Positions 11,345 to 23,700 of a stretch of DNA of 64,000 nucleotides are shown here, piece by piece. A program made the position numbers and the translations under genes. The notes under the pieces were generated by a model that saw only the letters and a list, made by a program, of their open reading frames with translations, did not search any database and was not told the DNA's origin. Where the stretch lies: the NCBI GenBank assembly GCA_040954595.2, contig CM082596.2, forward strand, positions 3,090,656-3,154,655, given 5' to 3'. The DNA is from Balanoglossus misakiensis (Eukaryota > Animalia > Hemichordata). Within the stretch, counting starts at the first letter, position 1. Each line of letters begins with the position of its first letter.

Positions 11345-14300
11345 CTGTGGAAAGGAAAGTTGACAAAAAATTTACAGGAAAACATTTATACAATCATTAC
11401 AGTAGTGGCAAGATATAATTATAACAATTACGATTAAAAATAGATTTGAAGAATTTTTTTCTCCTTACACATGATTTCCTACTATTTGTGTGTAAAAATC
11501 ATTACATATAAAAGGCACATTATTGCAGACATTTGAAAAGGCAGTATATTTTCTTCTATTCTAATACTCAATGAAAGGTGAGAATTACCCTGAAAACATA
11601 TCACAATTTCAAGGCTTGGAATGCACAAAAACTCCTATTTGTTTCATGATTCAAATGTTTCATAACCTTCCTCAATCATACAGACCAAAATCATTTCACA
11701 AAGCTGGTGCTCCTGAATGTGAATGTACATTAAAGTCACAAATGCACAAACTTTTTCAAAAATATGACATTGTTTGATACATTAATGAAGAAAAACAAAA
11801 ATACTGTACAGGTCGTGAGAAAATGGTGACTTAAATTTACATCATTATATTTTTCACTTTTATCAAAAAAATTAAATGCAGCAAAAAATAATTTTTTACA
11901 TTGACGATGATGATGGGAAAATGTCAAATTACTAAAGCAAAATCTGATTTTTAACGCTAAAACTGATATCCTTATGTGGAAGAACAATGGAATTAAGAAT
12001 GATTATTTCTGGTGGAACGGATACATTGCAACCTGCGAAAGAAACAGAATGTATGGGAACTTTAATTGAAATGAAGTGTATTTACAAGCTGAAAATAATA
12101 CAAGTTATTGTAGTTATGACAATTATTCATGGACATATTACACAGAAAACTGTGACATCATGTAATATGGTGTATGCCAGGCCCTTTGAGATGAGTTTTC
12201 GCCCAGTATGACAATGCACTATGCAATGCATATGTTTTATGAAAGGGGAGACCGTGTGGAATGCGACCAACTTACCTAGTATGGTGATGGACGGGTTGAG
12301 ACGGCCATCGTTCTGGAACAAAGTGTCGCCCTCAATCTTGGAGAACTGAGCGTTGGGGTTGGGATCGCAGGGCGTGCCTTCCACCCGCGACCACATGCCC
12401 ACCGTGCTGTTCCATCCCACAATGCTGTTCAGGATACAGCAGTGATCCTGAAAGGTAACAAGGTAGAGATTTGCAGATTCAAGATGGCTGCATAAAACAC
12501 AGGACATGTCACAACAGAATACAAAACCACAAAATCATCCACTTGTGAACTCATAAAGCTGTAAATATATCAGAATTGCTATTATCTGTACAAGCAAGTG
12601 ACCTAATGACCTCTCACCTCTAACCTTGCACCTTGGAGGACGATGGACTCTCTGACCCTGACCCCAGGACCGACATGAACATTGACGCCGATGGTGACAT
12701 TGGGACCAAGCTGTTGGTGGAAAAATTGAGTATACTATGAACTTCAGTACAAGACTGTCCATCAAAATTTATGACATGTCAAACATCCCCATGTTTTTTA
12801 TAAATCATCTGTGCTATTTACACAAAAATCACCATGCTACACAAACACACAAAAACACACAGATGGACTTTACCGTAGCAGTTGGATCAACAGTTGCCGT
12901 CGGGTGGATGAATACATCGCCGATGATGCGTGCTTTGCCCTCACCATTCTCCGCCAGCCTCTCTGGATGGTACTTGTGATAGAGTTCTAAATAATGCCTG
13001 TTAGCATAGATGGCCGATCTGCAGGAAGTGACAGAATCATGTTTAATTGGTGTTCAGGAAACAGTCACAATTTCTTGAATCAGTGCAACGCTAAGGTGGA
13101 TGGAAATTATTGTAAACTAGGCAGTGTGTCGGGAACGGGGCCAAAGTAATGTAGTGTGATGTACTGGAGAGGGGTTTGCTGGTGATAAAAGGCAAAATAC
13201 CTGCTTTTTCCAATCTTTTCCAGATACCGTGAGAGCACGAACCTGTATGACTATGAACCCCAGAAATCACAGAATGGGTTAAGCATGTGACACTGGAATA
13301 ATCCACCTACCCTGCTGATTTGATCTGACTCCAGAATCTCGTCGTCTTGAAGGCGTAGAGTTTCCCAGTGCCGGCCAACGGAGTCAGGATATCTTGTTCC
13401 AATCTTATGGAGTCCTTGCTGTATGTCAGACTGTCAGACACCCCACTACAAAAAAATAAAATAAAAATGAAATAACTCAGAATGCCACAGAGTAAAAAAG
13501 CACAGAATGTTTAAGTGTAGATCCCAAGTGACAACAGTGCTGATTTTCTAATCAAGGAAACAGATGATTATTGCAATGTGTGAAAAGTTTGCTAATATCT
13601 GACAGAGATGGCGCTGTTTGTAATCCATGGCGGATGTACACACACACACACTCTCCAGTGAGGTATTCTGTTAAGTATGTTAGTACACGATTTTGTGTTC
13701 ACAATACGACAGGATTATGTACATGTGGAAGTGTACATGTGGTGTTTTAGTTTTCCATTTGTCACTCCACAATGTAGACTATTAATCCGTATGTATTCAC
13801 AACAAGAGAGACAAGCACAATGATTTCTGTTGTGTACTGCAACATCAGAAACGGTCATTCTGTGAACAATGTACAGAAATCTGGTAAATCCAGGATTATG
13901 GAAGCCCATACAGAGGACAGAATAAGAGTCAGTATTTGTGTACATTGTTATTATCATTATCCTTATTAGACTGTTATCTCAACAGACGGTTAAGCCAATG
14001 GCTCATCTCAAACAGTGTCAGAATCACTGAAATGTACAACATAGATGATAGGTAATATACAGTAAGAAACATTTGTAGATACAGTAAAACATGGTCACCC
14101 AATTGTCATGAAGAAGAAGCTAGTTTGCTGTGTTAAGGCTCCTTGAGGCCTACATGGAAACCAACACCAAAATATTTCTTGGAATTAAGTAGAGACACAC
14201 ATCAGTACATCCAACATTTTCAGACTGAATTATTGAACTTATGAATTTATGAAGCATGCGCATTGCATGTAATTTCAATGACTATCAAAGAGATTATCAA

Positions 14301-17300
14301 TACACATTTGGACTGATGCAAACAACACAAGAAACCACTCTGATACTGATGTTTCTATACTCATTCCAAGAAAGTGCACCAACATCCCATAATGTCATGA
14401 GAATTTCTTATCTTTACCGCGTGTTCTTCATAATATTATTATTGCTAGATGAAAAACAAATGAAATTAAAATAAATGCACAGATAACACAGGGCATGAAA
14501 TACAAATGTCTGTAATTATTTGACTTTCAAACTAAAATAAGATAAATTTACTAAAAGATGTCTGCAAGAATTAGTAACCACTGATTGCGACTGCAAAGGA
14601 AAGTTTTCGCAAGATAAATAATAAATGGGTGTCCCACTCAAATATGGCTGCCTCCGAATTGTGACTTACTTGAACATAATGTCTTGGTTCTTCTGGAAGA
14701 CTTCGCCGATGTTTTGAAAGATTTCTGGTGAGAACAGGTAGGTACCGCAGTTGATCGTGGTGCTGACAACTGTCTGGGGCTTCTCCACATAGTGAAGTAC
14801 CTGTCAGGATTTGCAGAAACAAAAAGCCAAGAATTCAAATATGAATGTGACACTCAGCATGGGTTTAAACTCTTGTCTACAATCAAAACTGTGAAAATTC
14901 ACAGGATGAGACTGAAAACATTACACCTCACAGCACTTGCAAAACACCTACCTCGTGTGTGTTTAAATCTTGTACAAGACATCCATAGTTCACCGACTGC
15001 TGTCTCGTTGCCTATGAAGAGAAGACAAACAAAACATTTTCAAGGATCATTCGGCTGATGAAATCTGTGAAGGTCACAGAAATTCAACTCTACCGTCACA
15101 TGACTGAGCTGACACTGAAAGATATTTTTGTATCTCTACGGTATATGAAACCAGCAAAAGCTTAACAATATACAAAAGAAACTCACCTCTGTGGCCAGCA
15201 TGGTAAACTTGACATCCTTCTGTATCGACCTGTGGAACTCCAGCATGTCCTCCAAGGGGAAATCGCAGCAGACGTCAGCATTGCACACAAAAATGCTATC
15301 CGGATTTCCGCTCAGAATCTGATCCCGGAAGTGATACAGTCCACCCGCTGTTCCCAGCGATGTGTACTCCTGCAGGTACCTTGTTGGGAGAGTAACAAGT
15401 TTCTCTTGTTAGTATTGGACAATTTTTGCTTCAAGCCTCTGATCAAATTCTTGACATAATAACACACCTAGGACAAGATTTACATAGTCACGAGAAATGC
15501 GAACTAACCTTATTGGTATCTTGAATTGCTTTGTGGAATCTTGTATGAACCTGTTCAATGCCTCACTGGGTTGATAAAACCCAATCAGCATAATCTCTTT
15601 CAAATCTGGCACCTGGTGATAAAAAAGAGAATAAATTGTTCAAATTCACTTCTTTGCTTGTATGTGGATGAAATATACATCCGAACTGAAATTTTTAACT
15701 GCAAACCTGTCTGCACGTACTTACCCTGCTGCAGGCTTCAATGTGGTGGTAGATCATAGGAAACCCTGCCACTGGAAACAGGGGCTTCGGAAGTTCCAGA
15801 GACAACGGTCTGAACCGGGTGCCTGAAAAACAAATGGTGAGTGATTATTGAGACAATAACTAACATACTGATAATTCTTTCTTATTTAATAACAAAATTT
15901 GACCTTTCTATAACCCTCTCAGTCACAGCTGTTGAGTAAAGGGATGAATTGATCCCTACCAGCTGACATTTTGAGCGATATTCATCTAGTATACTTGAAA
16001 TTAATTAAAACTTGGCTATAGGAATGTTGCAGGACAAAATACTATGGGTTCTCCACAAAATCAATCCTATATATGGACAATGGCTCAGTGTTTAACATAT
16101 AGAGTCTGAATCCATACGTGGCCATATTCTGTGTCTATAACCCCTATTATAACACATTCATGTTTCCTTATTAAATATTCATATGCAAATAAACTGGAAT
16201 CCGGCCAGAAATAGAAGGTCTCAGTCACTTTCAGGACAATGTTGTTTACAACATAAATTCTTTTCTTGAAAGAAGGCATCTGACTGTCCGAATTCAATGG
16301 TTGAGTATGGGTCATTTGTTGATGTAGATAATAACATTTCAACAACATCAAGGCGAGTTGCAAATTGGGGTATTATATACGTTGCAGACTCACTGCCACT
16401 CATATGTATAAAACTAGGATTAGTCATATTATCATTCATGCTTATACATGTAACAAGTGGTGATGGATTGGCACAGCAGGGTAGCAGATTGCGGACCCCT
16501 GAGGTCACCAAGGTCATCAACAACTTTGCCTACAATGGTCTGATGTCACTTCCTGTTTGCCAAATACTGTAGCTAGATCAGCTGAGCTGCACACAGTCCG
16601 TACACAAGCAGTTGTAAAGATAGAAAGGGGTTAAATGCCAGTGTCAATCATGTATAAACTGTTGTATATTTAAAAGTTACACATTTTTTACTAACTTTAA
16701 GCTGTTGTGATCATGTTGAACTAGAAATGAGCATCTAGTGTGGAAAGGGGGGACACGCCCCCTTACGCAACAAGGGGCCACACACCCCAACAACACCCCC
16801 TCCCCTAAACCATAGACAGCAGCAACGTGAACACAGCTCATGTTAATTCAGTCCAACGTGTTTATGTCGAACTATTGTCTTCCTGGTGAATGGAATGTAC
16901 GAACAATTACCACGACAAAAGCCACCACTGTCTGGCATTGATTTTAATACGTAACCCTGGTCTGTAAAAGACATTCAGTTGCAAATCGTGTCTCGACAAC
17001 TCGATGAACGCCGTGTTTGGAGACCACACAGTGTAAGGAACGGATGTACATTTCAGATCCGTCTGATCATACAACGAAAATGACACACAGAAATGCACAC
17101 ACGTACACTGATTCTCCAGTAAAGCTGACGCAAGATACTAGCTTCACACGTAGAGTCCGCTAATATGCATACAATATACTGTATATGAGCAGACTTCCGT
17201 GTGTAATACATGTAAACTTCGATCGGGCGTCATCCTCTACCGAAAGCACACGAGATTCCCACACAGAAAATACGATCAGACTCGGAGCCACCGCACATCG

Positions 17301-17375
17301 CCGAACTGCGTCCATGCATTGCCATGGTAACTTACCCTTTTGAGGCCCTCCAATCAGGATGATCGCCTTCAACAT
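11244..17375 (-). CDS. GMPPA: Mannose-1-phosphate guanyltransferase alpha (GDP-mannose pyrophosphorylase A), ~423 aa
   Basis: Exons 17336-17375, 15725-15822, 15509-15612, 15187-15379, 14952-15011, 14670-14800, 13311-13445, 12874-13018, 12618-12710, 12276-12447, 11244-11344 (1272 nt, all in phase). [21 protein letters not shown] (the GGPQKG form is typical of GMPPA rather than GMPPB) through hexapeptide repeats to ...NQIIL-stop. Confidence 0.96.
12276..12447 (-). CDS. GMPPA: GMPPA exon 10
   Basis: [32 protein letters not shown]...LNPSITIL. Confidence 0.93.
12618..12710 (-). CDS. GMPPA: GMPPA exon 9
   Basis: [31 protein letters not shown]. Confidence 0.93.
12874..13018 (-). CDS. GMPPA: GMPPA exon 8
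   Basis: [48 protein letters not shown]. Confidence 0.93.
13311..13445 (-). CDS. GMPPA: GMPPA exon 7
   Basis: [45 protein letters not shown]. Confidence 0.92.
14418..14444 (-). CDS. GMPPA: Candidate 27-nt frame-preserving GMPPA microexon
   Basis: tttattttaatttcatttgtttttcatctag/CAATAATAATATTATGAAGAACACGCG/gtaaag; phase 2-2, no stop; no homology support. Confidence 0.45.
14670..14800 (-). CDS. GMPPA: GMPPA exon 6
   Basis: [43 protein letters not shown]. Confidence 0.92.
14952..15011 (-). CDS. GMPPA: GMPPA exon 5
   Basis: [20 protein letters not shown]. Confidence 0.92.
15187..15379 (-). CDS. GMPPA: GMPPA exon 4
   Basis: [22 protein letters not shown]...[10 protein letters not shown]...LATE. 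Confidence 0.93.
15509..15612 (-). CDS. GMPPA: GMPPA exon 3
   Basis: [35 protein letters not shown]. Confidence 0.92.
15725..15822 (-). CDS. GMPPA: GMPPA exon 2
   Basis: [32 protein letters not shown]. Confidence 0.93.
17336..17375 (-). CDS. GMPPA: GMPPA exon 1
   Basis: [14 protein letters not shown] /gtaagt. Confidence 0.93.
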
Positions 17376-17489
17376 CTTCGCAGCTAGCTCTAAGCCTCTA
17401 GCAACAAACGCGTAGACCAGCGTACGACGCGACGTACGATACAACGTGTACACTAGTTCGATTGTTTGCTGTTTCTGATCTCCAGATTG

Positions 17490-17515
17490 CCCCCCCCCCC
17501 CCCGGCCCGGCCCCC
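17490..17515. repeat. Poly-C / GC tract upstream of GMPPA (G-quadruplex-capable on minus strand)
   Basis: C14-GG-CCC-GG-CCCCC about 115 bp upstream of the GMPPA ATG. Confidence 0.7.
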
Positions 17516-20397
17516 GGTACCGTATTCAGCCCTAAAGAAACAAAAGAAACAGATAAAAACACACCGCACTTTCTGTCATCCTCTCAAATGCTTTCCTTCT
17601 CTTGTGATTTGTATGATTTTTGAACATAGTTCCTAACTTACACCGAAAGATGGCCATGTCGTTGGGTGCGCTGTTCTCGATTCATCTAAGCTACCGGACT
17701 GCCAAAAAAACCGGGAGCAGAGCATATAGAGCACGGAGGAAAAGTTCTAACAGGTAAATTTTTAACATGTCAAAGTTGAACAAGCCACTTAATGTGCTAG
17801 CTGACATAAATGACTTGAATGTATTCGAGATTTTTTATTTACATTTCGCCATGGGCGCACGCGTCTCAATATTATGCAAATATATAGGCAAAGGATAGGC
17901 CTTCATTTTCCTGTCCGTCGTCCGCAATTTTACTGCTGGCTATGTATTCGATACATATAAAACAATGGATATAAGAAACCATGTGATTGCCTTGTAAAAA
18001 TATCTGCTGTTTCATCTTGCCAGCCGTGAGTTGTGTAAAGTATCATGCAAGAGTTTAGTGTGAAGATCATCTTGGAAGGGGCTTGCTTTTCAACCATGAT
18101 GTGGACCACGTGCATCTTCAACTTGAAGTCGAATTGTGTAGGCCTTGGTGAGTAAATATTTCAACTATGGCCATCCTATAAAACATGTTGTTATTTTTAT
18201 CAATGTGAGCAAGTTTAATATTGTTATATGCGAACACGTTCCGGTATTTTCATCTTTTCCACGAAGCGGTCAAATCTCTGCATGCAATCTGCATCATGAT
18301 GCAACATCATAACAAACAGCGCCACCATCGGTTATCGATAGTTTCCCAGGTGTATAAAATTATACGAGACGAATATATTGGTAAATAGACATTATTTTAT
18401 TACTTTTACAAATCGAAATTGTTTTAAATCAATATTCTATACAAGTGAGTTTATTTGGTCTAACTTTTCTATATTATTTCATTGATTTTTAATCTACTGC
18501 TATAAAAGACTAATTACAATTAATATCATAGTATTTTTGTGCCATCACCTCAAAAGAATTGAATAACTGAAAATAACTCCCTGTGCGCTCGTGTTGTTTT
18601 CCAAGTCCGCAACACTCAGACTTATATTACAATTTCTGCCATCCTGCATAGCGAGCTCATCACTGCAACTAAACTTTTAGCAAGCGCACTTGTTGTTATG
18701 TCGGTAATTCATAAGTGTAGAGGTAGGCAGGATGCTATAGTCGTGCATTGTGGACTTTCATGCAGAGGCTTCAGCAGCCTCGAGCTAGGGTGCATTGATT
18801 TGAGAAACAGGTATAACAAAAGGATGGATGGAAAACGCAATTCTATACCAAATGTTCGATTCTAAAAAAAACTCCCTCACGTTGTCATGTTTAGCTGGAA
18901 ACCGAGAACAAAAGACAATTCCTTCAGGCGTACTATCTCAGAACGAAGCTTCTTGCAAAACAGACAAACCTAGCAAACGGATGCACCGGAAATGTACAGC
19001 ACTGGTAGTGAAACGGCATTTGTTCCTATTTGTCGCTTTGAAAGGAATACGAAACTCAATTACGTGTATTCATCAATGCATGCAAAAAATCGAACCCATC
19101 AGTCGGCGTCTTCCCAGCTACTAGTACTTTGTAGACAATAACATCGCCATAGCAAGTTTTCATACCACTTGGAGATATCATTCAGCATTGAAAAGCCGAC
19201 TTTTACAACTGCTACCATGAATAAGATGCGAACAAACACGACTTCTCAGCGTTACAAATGGGAAAGATTTCGCCTTCGCCATGAGTAATAGAAGAACTCG
19301 ACAAAGGATTAACTACTGTGAGTGTCCCTCTTTCTTGAGGGACTTTGAATTAAACGTTGACGGCTAGCCACTCAAAACACAACGGAGGCGCAAAAAGTTT
19401 GAGAACTGCGAGCGCCCTCTTTGGTCAACAACTGCATTTTAAAGGTTGCTTTCGTGCATAGTATATAATAGTCATTAAAAGTTGAAATTTGCTCGCAAGT
19501 CACAAGTTATTATCGAATAAATGGCCGCGAGGCCCAATGAAAATTCAGCACACGACGAAGAAAAAATGTTCAATTGAATTTCAATCTCATTTTACGAGGA
19601 CAAAAATCAAAGAAAAACTTAACTTTAACAAACGCGTCAAATAGCATTGCTGATTTGAATAAATTTCAAATTGATCTCTTGTTTGTTTGTTTGTGTATTT
19701 CAAAGATATATTAGATTGTAAAGAATTACTCTTGATTGACCATAAAGCTAAATAACAGGTCGGATTTTGAGACCGAGAGGGAAGACATCTTGAATGACGT
19801 CACAATATCATTGTTAGCCGTGCAATTGGTTATATCTGTCAACTAAGATACTAATAGTCTCCTCTAGACATGGAAGATGTAACGATAAGGCCCTCTAGAG
19901 GTAGTAAGTGTGGCAGTATCAACCTCTACGGACGTAACATTTAAACGTGTCTTCCGCGAGTAAAATCTAAAAGGTGTCATGGCGCAGTCAAAAAGTTGTG
20001 CGCCAACCTACAAACAGATCTAATTTGGCCAACGCTGCACCAAACGCGTAGACAGTTTCCATGTTTCTTCCTTGGCATATCGACAGCACACCCTACCAAT
20101 ATTTCATGGTCACTAGCGGCTAGGTTTTGCCGACTATCTTGCGTTGAAATATCATTTCGTCACCAGCTTCGACCAGTTTTGCACTGGTTCACCTACTCAA
20201 GATCAGATTTCGCCCATCACCATTGAACTCCAAGAAAAGAAAGTCTCGCCACTCGCCCCTTGTGTTTCAAGACAAAGTCCCGTTGGTCGCAGACATTTGC
20301 CCCGGCCGCGGAAATCGTCTAATCACGCGATAGTCGCGTTTCCGACCAGTGAAATGCACGCACCACACCCATGCACGGGGTGTATTCAAAACCCATG

Positions 20398-20730
20398 TCA
20401 CTGTTGGCACATCCATTTGGGGTTGGTATGGTGCCTGGTGGAATTGCCAATCATGGCGTCACGGTGGTCCGAATCCTCGCGGTGTTTCACATCGTCCATC
20501 TCCATGGGTCGCGCCAGACTCTCGTTGCTCCTGGCGATTTCCGACGACCTTTCCCGGTCGCTGTCATGTCCTGGCGCCTGCAGACTTCGACTGAACCTCC
20601 TGGAAAATTTCCTGGCCGTTTTCCACCTCGCTCCCAAACCTCCCTTCTTCTTCGGTATGTGCGGATTGTCAATTTTCATGGTCTTCGTCTTGTAGATCTC
20701 CAGTTGCGTGTAGAGCCTCTTTAGTTCGTC
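20398..20730 (-). CDS. GPR158: GPR158-like exon 9 (terminal)
   Basis: DELKRLYTQLEIYKTKTMKIDNPHIPKKK...KWMCQQ-TGA. Confidence 0.9.
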   Translation of the reverse strand, partial: DELKRLYTQLEIYKTKTMKIDNPHIPKKKGGLGARWKTARKFSRRFSRSLQAPGHDSDRERSSEIARSNESLARPMEMDDVKHREDSDHRDAMIGNSTRHHTNPKWMCQQ

Positions 20731-23700
20731 CTGTCAGGAGACACAAAGTGTCAAACATTATAATAGTTATCGTTCAAAGCAAGCAAGCAAGTAAGCAAGC
20801 AGGCAGGCAGGCAGAAGGATAGACTCGGAGACGGACGAACAGACAGAAACTCACCCTAACATCTTCCTGGTTGAAATCCGGATTGTTGTAAGAGTTGGAA
20901 CTGTTGGCAACGGATCGTATTTTGCTTTCCAATGATAGACCCTCTGAGTAGGCCCGATCTCGGAAGTGGTCACTAGTTTTCATTTTGTGGACCACAACGA
21001 GCTATTAAAACAAAAGATGTTATTATTCCATTTAATTTTAGGATTGTAAATGAAAGTAAAGAGCGCAATTGGAACTATTTTGGGATAATTATATGAATTT
21101 AAAATGTGTTAATAAACCTCAGCAGAATATATGTTTCGGTCAAGAAATGACGTTCTTCTCAAAGAAAAGAAAGATTGTTGTGGGCGTACCTACCTTTGGG
21201 AAAAACACCAGCCCAACCATGACTGTTGTGGTCAGTTGCGATCTGATAACGTACATGAAATATAACCAATCGGGGCCTGCCATTAACCACACAATCTGCC
21301 TGAAATGCGAGTTCGAATATAGTCAGTACCTCCATTTAATAGTCTCGTACACAGGCAGAAGGTGACGGAGATGCCCAGGTCAACAGATATTGGTCTATAA
21401 TCGTTCGTCGTATTTGCATTACGGCATGGGTGAGAATATATGTGCCGAGGATAAAATACAACCAGGTACAATCACGAGTTAATTGCCAACTTCTACTTGT
21501 ACGGCCTCTTACCTAGCGACGTGCAGGAACAATGAAAAGATGGTCTCGTTGTAGATGGCTATGCTGATGTACCGAGTCTCGTGGAATTCGGACGAGGCTG
21601 AGCGCACGAGGTAACACAGGTAGATGCCAAATATTAGGAACAAGAACTCCGCTGAAAAGGAAAAAAACACACGTCGAAAGCAGATCAGAGTACTGTCTTG
21701 ACGAACCACTGTGAGCAGGCCGTTCAGTATGCCGGCGTCTTCATGATCATTCAAGTCGTGAAAATAAACAGCAAGGTGGAAAAACCAGCTCGGAAAGCAT
21801 ACCTGCTTCTATGGCAATATCCCACCACGTGGACTTGCAAACGTAGTATTTGAGGCCTCTGCTGGACACTATGCCAATATCCAGCATATCCCGCCCGCAA
21901 TTCTTGATCTCGTCGTGGCTGTAGGCCGTCCACGCCGCCAGGTAGCCCGTCAGTATGAAGAGGATCAGGCCTAGCCATTTAATGAGGTCCCTGTCTCGCA
22001 CCAGTACCCGGGTCGCTGAACGCGTCTGGAAAACGGCTAGGATCCTGCAAGACATGCCGAAATAAGCAAGTGCAACAGACACAGCATATAATACTCTAGC
22101 TGATGAAATTGACGACACCATTTAAAACATATATTGTAATTCTGGTGCGTAATACGGTGGCCATTTGACCCAGAAAAGTGGCGTTTGGCGCATACATGAC
22201 AATATTCGCAGAAAGGGTAGTATTGGGATAGGGAACCATACTGGAACATGCAGCTGCAGTACCTACCTGTAAGTTTTCAGTATGAGTGTACCGTAGGCAA
22301 TGGCGAAGCCCCACTCTCGTAGCCATCTGACGAGGAAACAGATCAAGGTGTCTGGCGGGAAGTAACGCACCACCACAGCGCCGTACATTAGGAGAGCGCC
22401 AAAGAGTACAATTTCCAGCATGTAGGGACTGTCGTGACTCACAACCTGTCAAAAGAATATTCAAGGTGACGACAGCGAAGAATATGCGCACAGCAGACCA
22501 GTAAAACCTGGGTGTACTCTTACAATAGTACATGTACTACCACGGCGCGCCGTTCTTAAAATAAATGACCGCAGACGCCCTCCATTAAACTCAGAACAAG
22601 CCCAGCTCAGACGGATGAACGCAATCTCGAGACCTGGCTTGACCTAGATCAGGGCTCTGACAGATTACATAAAACCGTTTCAAAATTGATGAGTTCGGGT
22701 CAGAGAAAATTGAAATCCTACAGATATACCGTAAATTTCAATATCAGCACGCACTAAGGTCTGTAATTGGCTTTCTAATATTTCAGAGCACGGCCAGCCA
22801 TCCTTTATCTGTACAGTCCAATCAATTGTGTGGAAATGACGTACTTTGACTGACTGATTGATTGGCAGTTTTGTTGTCCTGTCTGATAACAGTGTCAAAA
22901 CATAATATTTATGCTGAGCGGATAGGATATTGAGAAATTGGCAGAGAGATAAGGTAAGTTTTATACATTTACCAAAGTAAACTGTAAGTTGGCTAGTTAT
23001 TTTGTATTACAACAAACCCTGTGCATTTTTCCTCTATTGATTTTGTTTTGTATCTTATCTATCCTGCAGAGTGAACATGGCATCACAGGTGAAACCATTT
23101 GGCGGATGCCATGCCAAGGTAAGAAGTGTTTTACTTGTTTGGTAGATATGACATTTGGTGATTGGTTGAACCACGGATGTGTGAATGAATGAATGAACGT
23201 TTTCCACCAACCTTGAACTTCCGAAACTTGAAGATAAGAACCATGAGTACCAGAACGAATATGATGCAAACGATTTCGATCCCAAGCAGGATGTATCTCA
23301 GGACCTTGTTCTCTTCCAAGAAACACGGCGTGTTATCCACACACCCGTCACACCCTTCGGGACAGGGCAGACACTCGAAGCCGCCGTCGTAGATGTTCGG
23401 CTCGCCGAGCATTTTCCGACGGTACTCCTCTTCGTGGTCGGAACCATTGAACGCGCGGGTGGAGCTGGATGGGTAGGGGAAGTAGTAGTTCTCCCTGCAT
23501 ACACATTGGTACGCGCCACTGACAAACCCCTGCCCGGGGATGTGCACGCACTGGGGATTGGTTAAAAAGAGAGAAAAAATACGAGTATGGCCAATTAACA
23601 ACACGAACAGATCTTAAGAATCGAAGAAGATTTTAATGTGTGTGTATATACCTTCGTGGTGTTCTTGCATTTGTGCGTGGCGGCAAACATTGACGTGTCG

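Noticed and set aside
20398-20415. Possible prenylation motif at the GPCR C-terminus (WMCQQ)
   Set aside because: Cys is third from the end, so it is not a CaaX box.
20144-20724. 183-aa and 117-aa plus-strand ORFs
   Set aside because: Antisense to the GPCR terminal exon and 3'UTR; no domain evidence.
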